From the IMG/VR virus record IMGVR_UViG_3300025078_000002, positions 1 to 64,000 of that record: a stretch of DNA of 64,000 nucleotides; one strand, 5' to 3'. Shown in pieces: positions 18,835-26,951 of this stretch (its first letter is position 1; every line of letters starts with the position of its first letter). This DNA comes from a virus (taxonomy: Duplodnaviria; Caudoviricetes). The notes beneath the pieces were generated by a model. That model was not told the DNA's origin. It saw nothing but the letters and a program-made list of their open reading frames with translations, and made no database searches. Position numbers and translations under genes: made by a program.

Positions 18835-19752
18835 TTGTCTATTGATTTAATAACTCCACCAGACAGGTTTGTTTCTCTTCATTCTCACTCAACTTTTAGC
18901 ACTTTTGATGGATTAGGTTACCCATCAGATCATATAGACTTCGTACTTTCTGAATCACAAGGTATGGATGCCTGGGCGTTAACAGATCACGGTAATGGTA
19001 ACGGTCTTGCTCACGCACACTCGCACGCTGTCAAAATGCAAAAGGCTGGGAAAAAGTTTAGACAAATCTACGGAGTCGAATTCTATTTTGTTCCCTCACT
19101 AGATCAATGGACTAATGACTACGCAGCTCATAAACAAGCAATTAAAGATGCTAAAACAGCAGCAGCTGCTGAAAAGAAAAGTAAAGAAAAAATCATCATT
19201 GATGCTGATGATGAAAGCGGTGGTCTTGTTATAGAGGATGAAGATGAATCCAAAAAGATTGATATCCTTAAAGACGAATGGAAACGTCGCTATCACTTAG
19301 TCGTCACAGCAAGAAATAGAAAAGGCCTTAATAACCTATTCACTCTTGTAAAGAAGTCATATAAAGACGGCTTCTATAGATACCCACGCATTGACTTTAA
19401 AATGCTTAAAGAACACGGCGAAGGCTTACACGTAAATTCTGCATGTTTACACCCAGACACATCTTTACAGACGTCAGCTGGAAGTTTATCTATTAAAGAA
19501 GTTGTAGAAAGATTTAACAAAGGTGAAGAAATTCAAATTCTTTCTTACAATGAATATACTAGCAAAGCTGAGTTTAAAAAAATTATTTGGGGTGATAAAA
19601 CACGAAAGAATGCTAAGCTATTAAGAATTAAAGACAAAGATGGGAATGAAATTAAACTTACTCCTGATCATCGTGTCCTTGTTAAGGTCAAAGGTTGGAT
19701 TGATGCGAAAGATATTATAGCAGGAGACAAAATTATCAATATAAACCTCTAA
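18835..19752 (+). CDS. dnaE: DNA polymerase III alpha, fragment 1 of 4 (PHP N-part, 203 aa extein) plus split intein N-half 1
   Basis: SLHSHS, TDHGN, GVEFY, HLVVTARN and PRID are PHP motifs; extein ends ...VNSA, followed by CLHPDT. Confidence 0.93.
   Translation: MSIDLITPPDRFVSLHSHSTFSTFDGLGYPSDHIDFVLSESQGMDAWALTDHGNGNGLAHAHSHAVKMQKAGKKFRQIYGVEFYFVPSLDQWTNDYAAHKQAIKDAKTAAAAEKKSKEKIIIDADDESGGLVIEDEDESKKIDILKDEWKRRYHLVVTARNRKGLNNLFTLVKKSYKDGFYRYPRIDFKMLKEHGEGLHVNSACLHPDTSLQTSAGSLSIKEVVERFNKGEEIQILSYNEYTSKAEFKKIIWGDKTRKNAKLLRIKDKDGNEIKLTPDHRVLVKVKGWIDAKDIIAGDKIININL
19444..19749 (+). mobile_element. Split intein 1, N-half (102 aa)
   Basis: Block A CLHPDT, block B IKLTPDHRVL, ends GDKIININL followed by TAA. 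Confidence 0.92.
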
Positions 19753-19780
19753 GACAATATACTTAGTATTGTCTAGGAGG
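19746..19780 (+). promoter_or_regulatory. RBS-sequestering hairpin with ATACTTA at the loop
   Basis: AGACAATA (19752-19759) pairs with TATTGTCT (19767-19774). CCTCT (19746-19750) can pair with AGGAGG (19775-19780) with single-nt bulges. Confidence 0.65.
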
Positions 19781-19788
19781 CAGTTATT

Positions 19789-20739
19789 ATGAAAACAAAA
19801 AAGATTAATATATGGAAAATTAGAGAAGAAATACTTTTTTCATACTACGAAAAAGAAGAAATACAAAGTTTTATTGATAAACTTTATTCTTTTTCGATGA
19901 TTTACCAGATGATTTTACGAGACAATAAAAAATGCTTTAATGATTTAAACATATCATTACAGACTTTTTCAACACTTTTAAAAGATAAAATTGGCTTTAT
20001 ACTTCACCCAAATAATCAAAAAACTTCAACAGCGTTTAGGAGCCAATTCAAATTTCCTAAAAATACTACAATGGAAGAAATTGAAAATTATTATTTGAAG
20101 TCTTCTTTAAAAGGTCAAAAAGGTACAGTAAAGTCGAGAAAAAAATCTGGGAAACCTTACAATGAAAAACAGACTTTAGACTTTTGGTTAAGCATTACAA
20201 ACAACAAAGAAGAAGCAATACAAAGTTTAGAAAAGTATAAAAGATCTAATTCTCCTTTTTGTATTGAGTTTTGGACTAAGAAAGGATTAAGTGAAGAGAA
20301 TGCAAATAAAATAATCTCTGAAAGAGCTGTCAAAGGTGCGATTAATGCTCTTAAAAAAACATCACAGCCTAAAACTGAAAAGCGAATTGAATCTTTACTC
20401 AAGAAAAATAACATTGAATATTCTACGCAATATCGAATATCACTAGATAAAGATGAAACTGTGTATAATAAAAAGTGCTATGTATATGACTTTTATTTAC
20501 CTACATTTAATTTAATTATTGAATGTCACGGTCTTTATTGGCATGCTCATCCTTCGTTATACAACGAAAACTCTGTATTAAACTTTCCAAGTGGACAAGT
20601 AAAAGCAATAGACGTTTGGAATTCTGATTTGTATAAAATGAAAGTTGCAGAAAAAAGAAATTACCGCTATATGACTATATGGGAAAATGAAATTGACAAT
20701 ACAATTAGTTTAATTAGAGATCGTGTAAATATTGATTGA
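19789..20739 (+). mobile_element. Free-standing Vsr/DUF559-like endonuclease between the halves of split intein 1
   Basis: KTEKRIESLL, YDFYLPTFNLIIECHGLYWH and MTIWENE. Confidence 0.82.
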
Positions 20740-20769
20740 TTGTTTTAAAATATAAAAAAAGGAATAATT

Positions 20770-20898
20770 TTGAAAGAAATTCAAACAAAATATATTGAAG
20801 TTGATCTAATTGAAGAGATAGATGAAACTTCTGATGTTTATGATATCACTGTCGAAGATAATCATAATTTTTTTGCTAATAACATTTTAGTTCATAAC
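20770..20898 (+). mobile_element. Split intein 1, C-half (43 aa)
   Basis: Block F VYDITV...HNF and block G LVHN; +1 residue is Cys (20899). Confidence 0.92.
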
Positions 20899-22020
20899 TG
20901 TTTAGGCGGGATTTTTAGCAATAGAATACTCCGCGGCGTTGCACATGATAAGTCACGTGACGAAATCCAAAAAGATCTTTTAAACCTTACAGACAGATTT
21001 ACAGACGCAGTTGGCATTGAAAACTTCAAACTAGAACTACAGTTCAATAAGCTAAACAAACAACACGTTGTTAATGACTACCTCATAGAACATCATAAAC
21101 TAACTGGCATTCCTCTCATCTCAACAGCAGATTCTCATTACCCGAGCAACGATAAATGGCAAGCAAGAGAGCTATACAAGAAACTTGGCTGGCTCGGTAA
21201 GAAAGATAACTTAACTCTTCCAGCATTTGAAGATCTTAAATGTGAGCTGTATCCAAAAAATGCACAACAAATGTGGGATGAGTTCCTTGAAGGGTACAAA
21301 GAACACGACTTCTATAAAGGGAACGAGCAGCTCGTTAAAGAGTCAATAGAAAGAACACACGACATTGCCTGGAATGACTTTGAAGATACATGGATAGATG
21401 TAAGCGCAAAACTACCAACAATAACAATACCTAACAAGACGCCCTTTAAACACCTATCAGACTTGGTTAAAAACGCTCTCGTTACTGAAGGGTTACATAC
21501 TAATAAAGAGTACGTAGATAGAGCTAAATATGAATTGTCTGATATTAAGTATCTTGGACACGAAGCTTACTTTATTACAATGTATGAGATCTTTAAAAAA
21601 GCTGAAACAAAGACATTATTTGGAGCTGGAAGAGGCTCAGGTGCGGGGAGTTTAGTTAACTACTTGTTAGGCATTACACAACTCGATCCAATTCCTTATA
21701 ACTTGCTTTGGAGTAGATTCTTAGGCAGACATAGATGTCTAGACGAAGATACTTACGTTATATCTGAATATGGTAAAAAGAAGATTAAAGATGTTAGTGA
21801 AGGCGAAAAAGTACTAACGCATACAGGTCAGTATAGAAAAATTATTGATAAGGCTATAACACAACACGATATGGCTGTTGAAATAAAATTTAATGGTCGT
21901 AAAATTATTTGCTCACCTAATCATCGTTGGATTGTTAATCGTAATGGTAACGAAGTAGAAACAATGGCATGCCATTTACAAAAAGGTGACAAACTAATTC
22001 GATTAGCCAGAGATAAATAA
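20770..22020 (+). CDS. dnaE: DNA polymerase III alpha, fragment 2 of 4: IntC1 (43 aa) - extein (279 aa) - IntN2 (94 aa)
   Basis: N-terminal VYDITVEDNHNFFANNILVHN|CLGG. TADSHY, GRGSGAGSLVNYLLGIT, LLWSRFLGRHR|CLDEDT. TTG after AAAGGAATAA. Confidence 0.93.
   Translation: MKEIQTKYIEVDLIEEIDETSDVYDITVEDNHNFFANNILVHNCLGGIFSNRILRGVAHDKSRDEIQKDLLNLTDRFTDAVGIENFKLELQFNKLNKQHVVNDYLIEHHKLTGIPLISTADSHYPSNDKWQARELYKKLGWLGKKDNLTLPAFEDLKCELYPKNAQQMWDEFLEGYKEHDFYKGNEQLVKESIERTHDIAWNDFEDTWIDVSAKLPTITIPNKTPFKHLSDLVKNALVTEGLHTNKEYVDRAKYELSDIKYLGHEAYFITMYEIFKKAETKTLFGAGRGSGAGSLVNYLLGITQLDPIPYNLLWSRFLGRHRCLDEDTYVISEYGKKKIKDVSEGEKVLTHTGQYRKIIDKAITQHDMAVEIKFNGRKIICSPNHRWIVNRNGNEVETMACHLQKGDKLIRLARDK
21736..22017 (+). 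mobile_element. Split intein 2, N-half (94 aa)
   Basis: CLDEDT, IICSPNHRW and GDKLI, then TAA at 22018-22020. Confidence 0.9.
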
Positions 22021-22029
22021 AGGAATAAA

Positions 22030-22170
22030 ATGAAAGACAATAATCTATACGAGATTGAGGAAATCAACTTTGTACATTACGATCAAGATATGATTGATAT
22101 TGAAGTAGAAGGCGATCACACTTTCTACGTTTCAGAAGACCCCATGAATGAATTTATCTTGACACATAAT
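22030..22170 (+). mobile_element. Split intein 2, C-half (47 aa)
   Basis: IDIEV..HTFY and THN; +1 residue is Thr (22171). Confidence 0.9.
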
Positions 22171-22809
22171 ACAAGCTGGCCGGATATTGACACAGATGCT
22201 GGAGACCGAGATGAGCTGATCAACGCAGCAAAAGAGTTATATGGCGACGATGCTGTTATTCCAGTATCAAACTTTAACACGCTTAAGCTTAAATCACTTG
22301 TAAAAGACATTGCAAAGTTTTATGATATTCCATTTGACGAAGTCAATAAGGTAACTGGTCCTCTTCAAGATCAAGTTATGCAGAAAGCAATGGATAAAAA
22401 TCAAGAAAAGTCTGTATTTGTTCTTAAGCATGAAGACTGCATGAAATATTCACCAGAGTATAACGAATTTATGACAACATATCCAGAAGTTGCTGAACAT
22501 GTAGATACTTTGTTTATGCAAAATAGAAGTTGTTTTACTAAAGATACACATATCTTGACTGATCGTGGTTATATGGACATTGAAGAACTTAATCCTGTGT
22601 CTGATGGAATTGTTTATATTGACAATGAAGGCAATCAAAAAGTTAATCACGACTATGAATTGCATTATATGGGTAAAAAAGAAGTGTTTGAAATTGAAAC
22701 AGAATGTGGAAAAAAGATTAAACTTACTCCAGATCATGAAGTTATGACCCAAGATGGGTATAAAAAAGTATGTGAACTAAGTGAAAGTGATATATTGATT
22801 AAATTTTAA
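22030..22809 (+). CDS. dnaE: DNA polymerase III alpha, fragment 3 of 4: IntC2 (47 aa) - extein (120 aa, catalytic PDIDTD) - IntN3 (92 aa)
   Basis: IDIEVEGDHTFY...ILTHN|TSWPDIDTD and QNRS|CFTKDT. ATG after AAAGGAATAA. Confidence 0.93.
   Translation: MKDNNLYEIEEINFVHYDQDMIDIEVEGDHTFYVSEDPMNEFILTHNTSWPDIDTDAGDRDELINAAKELYGDDAVIPVSNFNTLKLKSLVKDIAKFYDIPFDEVNKVTGPLQDQVMQKAMDKNQEKSVFVLKHEDCMKYSPEYNEFMTTYPEVAEHVDTLFMQNRSCFTKDTHILTDRGYMDIEELNPVSDGIVYIDNEGNQKVNHDYELHYMGKKEVFEIETECGKKIKLTPDHEVMTQDGYKKVCELSESDILIKF
22531..22806 (+). mobile_element. Split intein 3, N-half (92 aa)
   Basis: CFTKDT, IKLTPDHEV and SDILIKF, then TAA. Confidence 0.92.
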
Positions 22810-22810
22810 C

Positions 22811-22851
22811 ATTTGCACCGCTTGCATATAGTTAATAGCAGGAGGTGAAAT
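22811..22851 (+). promoter_or_regulatory. RBS-sequestering hairpin with ATAGTTA in the loop
   Basis: ATTT-G-CACC-G-CTTGC (22811-22825) pairs with GCAGG-A-GGTG-AAAT (22838-22851), covering GGAGGTG. ATAGTTA at 22828-22834. Confidence 0.65.
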
Positions 22852-22855
22852 TAAC

Positions 22856-23842
22856 ATGTTATGTAAAATTTGTAATAAAGAATATAAAAATCTTGGAAGA
22901 CATGTAAGTGTTCATTATAAAAATGTAAAGTCTAAGTCAAAAAAAATGTTATATTTTCATGATATTTATAAAAACAAGTATGATATTGCTCGTGAGTATC
23001 TTGAAAGTAAAAAGTCTGCCAACCAAATAGCAAAAGAAGTCACACAACTATTTAATCTTTTTCCAGTTCAAAAAGGTGATATTTTAAACTTCTTAAAATA
23101 TATGAAAGTTAAAAAAAGAACAACTTCTGAAGCTGGTAAAGAGTATTACAAAGAAAATCCTGTTTGGAATAAAGGTTTGACTAAATATGATCATGCAAGT
23201 ATAGAGAAATATGCAGATAGTAGAACTGGAAAGAATAATCCAATATACTCACTTACTGAAAAAGAAAGAGAAGAAAAGATTTATTATTGGCGATTTAAGT
23301 CTGATGATGAACTCTTTGCAATAAGAGCTAAGATCGGAAAATCATTAAAGGAAGGTTATGCTTCAGGCAGAATAAAACATATATCTAAAACACATCCAGA
23401 AAAATTTAAAGAAATACACGCGAAAATGCTGTCTGGATATTTTGATGCATTAAATAATGGTACCATTAAAAGACAAAGTTACACATCTAGTTATGAAAAA
23501 AGAATAGCAAATATTCTAGAAGAGTTAGACATAAGTTTTATACAGCAGAAGTCTTGTAATAAAAAATATAGGTACGACTTTTTCTTGAAAGACTTTAATC
23601 TTTATATTGAATTTAATGGTGACTACTGGCATGCTAATCCGAATCAGTTTAATGAAAATTATTATCATCCTCATAAAAAGATTTTAGCAAGAGAAATATG
23701 GGAGTATGATAATGCCAAGCGTGTAAATGTAATAAATAGTGGTTATAATTTTTTAACAATATGGGAATGTGACGTCAAAGAATTCAATAGACAGCACTTG
23801 AAGGAGTATATAATTGGAATTATTAAGAATCAAAAGCATTAA
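22856..23842 (+). mobile_element. Free-standing Vsr/DUF559-like endonuclease between the halves of split intein 3
   Basis: PVWNKGLTK (NUMOD-like), SSYEKRIANIL, YDFFLKDFNLYIEFNGDYWH and FLTIWECD. Confidence 0.82.
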
Positions 23843-23951
23843 GAATACAAACACAATTCAACCCGTTTATGATATACATCATAATATTGATAATAAGAAT
23901 TTTTATGATGAGCATCCCAATCTTATTGCAAACAATATTACAATATCAAAC
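23814..23951 (+). mobile_element. Split intein 3, C-half (46 aa)
   Basis: PVYDI...HPNLIANNITISN; terminal Ser-Asn (no penultimate His); +1 residue is Cys (23952). Confidence 0.88.
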
Positions 23952-25721
23952 TGTGGGCGTCACGCTGGGGGTGTTATTATAGCAGACGCAGACCTTCTTG
24001 AGCAATCGATGCCAATTGTTGGTGTTCGTGGAGAACTACAAACACCGTGGACTGAAGGTATGAACTTTAGGAATCTTGAAGACAACGGTTTTCTAAAGTT
24101 TGACTTCTTAGGTTTAACGCTTCTTAAAGATGTAGAGAATTGCATTTATAGAATCCTAAGAAAAAGCGGAATGAAAAATCCTACATTCACAGATGCAAGA
24201 GCATTCTTTGATAAGCATTTAAACTGTAGGTTTGTCAAACAGGATGACCCTAAAGTTTGGGAACATGTGTATAAGGATGGTCACTTCGTTGGCATATTCC
24301 AGTTCACAAATCAGGGTGCTAGACAGTTTTCAATGGATGCATCGCCTGTAAGTATACAGGAGTTAGCAACAATTACTGCGATATATCGCCCTGGACCGCT
24401 TAAAGCAAATGTGCACAAGAAATATGTTAAGGCAAAAAACAATGCTAATGATATTGTGTACGATCATCCTATCATAGAAGAAGTACTTGGATATACTTAC
24501 GGCTACTTTTGCTTTCAAGAGCAATTCATGTTGATGGCACAAAAGCTTGCTGGGTTTTCACCGGGTGAGAGTGATAAGTTACGAAAGACGCTTGTAAAGA
24601 AATCACTAGATACTTTGCATTCTAAAGGATCAGAAAAGGCAATTGCTAGAGAGAAGTTTATTAAAGGTGCCAAAGAGCTCAATGACATTCCTGAGAGTAT
24701 TTCTTCGAAGCTCTGGCAAGACATAGAAGGTTTCGCAGTTTATGGCTTCAATCTTTCCCATGCAGTTGCATATGCTATTGGGTCGTATTATGCGGCATGG
24801 CTACATACACATCACGAGACTGAGTGGATGGCAGCAATATTGCAATCTGAGAATGGTAATCCTAAAGGAATGTCAAAAGCCATTTCAGAGATTAAGTCAT
24901 TTGGATATGAAATTGCTGCAATAGATATAAACCACTCTGAAGCTGAATGGGAATATTCTGATGTGTTGAAAGCTTTTGTGCCGCCGTTGACATCGCTTAA
25001 AGGAGTAGGTGATAAAGCTGTTGAAGAAGTATTTGAAAATAGACCATATAAAAACTTATCAGATCTATTTTACAATGAAGTAGGAGAATGGAGACATTCC
25101 AAGCTGAACAAAACAGCTTTTTCGTCATTAGCAAAGATGGAAGCATTTAAGTCTCTCCAGGAGTTTCAAGATGATGTATTAGATAATCATAAGCAAATGT
25201 ATGATTTAATCTTGGATAACTATAATCTACTCAAGAAAGGTAGATATGGAATGACAAAAACTGCCGTAAAAAGAGCGTTAAAGAATGATGAAGAGATTGT
25301 GCCTATTGTTGATGAGTTGATTGCGAAGTATAAGGTTGTTAGTGATTGGAGTAGGAATGAAAAGATTAAGAACTATTTTGAACTCAGTAATGACGCAAGT
25401 GACGACCTATTGTTTCCACCTAGATTATTGAACAAGTTAAAACAGAAAGAAATCTCCAGTGTGTTTGATATACCTTCTGGAGATCGTGGTATTGGATGGT
25501 TTACAGTGACTGAGGTTATTCGTAAGACGACTAAGAACGGGAAGGCGTTTATGAGGTGGAAGTGTGTAGACTCAGACAATCGTAGCGGATGGTTACGAGT
25601 TTGGGGGTCATTAGATGGCGAGGTTGAGTTTAGTACGTGGCTTGCTGATGTGAAGAATGATGCTGGATGGGGAATGTCTACGAATCTAGGTAAGCTTAAA
25701 AAGATTAACGCTTTTGATTAA
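23814..25721 (+). CDS. dnaE: DNA polymerase III alpha, fragment 4 of 4: IntC3 (46 aa) plus 589 aa extein (palm, fingers, HhH, OB)
   Basis: ISN|CGRHAGGVII, LKFDFLGL, GIFQF, AIYRPGP, FQEQFM, YGFNLSHA, LKGVG (HhH) and terminal OB-like strands. TTG after AAGGAG. Confidence 0.93.
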   Translation: MELLRIKSIKNTNTIQPVYDIHHNIDNKNFYDEHPNLIANNITISNCGRHAGGVIIADADLLEQSMPIVGVRGELQTPWTEGMNFRNLEDNGFLKFDFLGLTLLKDVENCIYRILRKSGMKNPTFTDARAFFDKHLNCRFVKQDDPKVWEHVYKDGHFVGIFQFTNQGARQFSMDASPVSIQELATITAIYRPGPLKANVHKKYVKAKNNANDIVYDHPIIEEVLGYTYGYFCFQEQFMLMAQKLAGFSPGESDKLRKTLVKKSLDTLHSKGSEKAIAREKFIKGAKELNDIPESISSKLWQDIEGFAVYGFNLSHAVAYAIGSYYAAWLHTHHETEWMAAILQSENGNPKGMSKAISEIKSFGYEIAAIDINHSEAEWEYSDVLKAFVPPLTSLKGVGDKAVEEVFENRPYKNLSDLFYNEVGEWRHSKLNKTAFSSLAKMEAFKSLQEFQDDVLDNHKQMYDLILDNYNLLKKGRYGMTKTAVKRALKNDEEIVPIVDELIAKYKVVSDWSRNEKIKNYFELSNDASDDLLFPPRLLNKLKQKEISSVFDIPSGDRGIGWFTVTEVIRKTTKNGKAFMRWKCVDSDNRSGWLRVWGSLDGEVEFSTWLADVKNDAGWGMSTNLGKLKKINAFD

Positions 25722-25733
25722 CAATATTTACAA

Positions 25734-26300
25734 CTAAAATCTGTAAGCATCAATGTCTTGTTGCGACATTAAACCAGACTGCTGCAAAAACATTTTAAAA
25801 GCTTCGCTTTCGTTTGATATACCGACAAAAAGTTTAGAAGGACCACCAGCTACACGACAAGCCTTAAAAAATTCTTCTTCAAGCATATCAATTTGATTCT
25901 TCATGTCAGCACGAAACTTGTCTTGAAGTTGTCTGTTTTCAAACGCCTCGAGAATAATGTCAATCGAACCAGCTACGGTAACACCTACGCTAATTGTAGT
26001 TAAAGCTGAACCTGCAATTAATGCAGGTGTCCCTACAGCTAACATTGCAGCCATACCAATTACAAAAGCAGAAACTCCAGGATAGTATTCTTGTATCTCT
26101 TGTCTTCCACTTGCACTTCTCATTGCGTTAACAGCTTCTTCCCAGCTGTTTACTTTTTGCCTTAAGATATTTGACTTTTCATGACCGCTAACACCTGCTA
26201 GCGCGTCAAAGTGATGCATATCACCCATCATTTCATTTAATCGTGATTCTTTGATTACTTGTCTGATCAGCGATCGTAAACGTCTTTCTGTAATTTTCAT
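25734..26300 (-). CDS. Hypothetical protein with MKITERRLRS...IKE leader and a hydrophobic hairpin
   Basis: AGGAG RBS. VSAFVIGMAAMLAVGTPALIAGSALTTISVGVTVAG is a predicted membrane segment. Confidence 0.75.
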   Translation of the reverse strand: MKITERRLRSLIRQVIKESRLNEMMGDMHHFDALAGVSGHEKSNILRQKVNSWEEAVNAMRSASGRQEIQEYYPGVSAFVIGMAAMLAVGTPALIAGSALTTISVGVTVAGSIDIILEAFENRQLQDKFRADMKNQIDMLEEEFFKACRVAGGPSKLFVGISNESEAFKMFLQQSGLMSQQDIDAYRF

Positions 26301-26357
26301 ATTTGTTTTCTCCTAAAATATGTTCTTAAATATGTTCTTAAATATGATAAAATTATT

Positions 26358-26435
26358 GCTGATGTGAAGAATGATGCAGGATGGGGTATGTCGTCAAGCC
26401 TTGCTAAACTTAAAAAGATTAATGCGTTTGACTAA
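26358..26435 (+). pseudogene. Orphan copy of the last 25 codons plus stop of dnaE
   Basis: ADVKNDAGWGMSSSLAKLKKINAFD* versus ADVKNDAGWGMSTNLGKLKKINAFD* at 25644-25721. Confidence 0.88.
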
Positions 26436-26449
26436 GAGTTAAATTTAAA

Positions 26450-26926
26450 CTACATAATATATTTGTTAGTATCTGGGTCAATTTCCATAGGAGGATTTTG
26501 AACACTAAATACTCCTCTTTCCATAGCTATTTGGTCTATTTTGCTAATAATCGACTTAAGCTGATCTATACTAAATTTATCACCATAATTATATCTCTCA
26601 ATTGCATCACGATCTAAACCATATTGCTCAATTCTTGGATCTTCTGCAGACCGTCTGTCTGAATAAAAATTGTTGTTTACTTCAATCATATCGATGCCTT
26701 CTTTTTGACATACTTCTCTATATTTGAGCATTTTTAACATATATTTTCTATCAGTATTGCCAGAGTATGATGTATCTGCCCATTCTCTATTTAACATTCT
26801 TCCCATATCTTTAATATAAGACTTTACATATTCTTCAACTTCTTCAACTTTAGGATCGTGGTTATCTATACTTTCTTTTATAACACTTCTAATAATTGAG
26901 CGTAAACGTCTTTCTGTAATTTTCAT
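26450..26926 (-). CDS. Hypothetical protein with MKITERRLRS...IKE leader
   Basis: Same 5' end as 25734-26300 but an unrelated body. Confidence 0.75.
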   Translation of the reverse strand: MKITERRLRSIIRSVIKESIDNHDPKVEEVEEYVKSYIKDMGRMLNREWADTSYSGNTDRKYMLKMLKYREVCQKEGIDMIEVNNNFYSDRRSAEDPRIEQYGLDRDAIERYNYGDKFSIDQLKSIISKIDQIAMERGVFSVQNPPMEIDPDTNKYIM

Positions 26927-26951
26927 ATTTGTTTTCTCCTAAAATATGTTT

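Larger units (their letters stand above)
26275..26950 (-). repeat. 50 bp exact direct repeat (26275-26324 and 26901-26950) covering the RBS and first codons of two tandem genes
   Basis: Identical cgtaaacgtctttctgtaattttcatatttgttttctcctaaaatatgtt; offset 626. Confidence 0.95.

Noticed and set aside
19753-23813. Self-splicing group I/II introns as the explanation for the dnaE interruptions
   Set aside because: Non-coding spacers are only 36, 30, 9 and 46 nt (and one overlap), too short for a ribozyme core. Each downstream piece has its own RBS and intein C-terminal motifs.
24724-24765. Cyanobacterial-type split DnaE intein site
   Set aside because: The equivalent sequence (EGFAVYGFNLSHA) is uninterrupted, so these splits are not the Ssp/Npu DnaE site.
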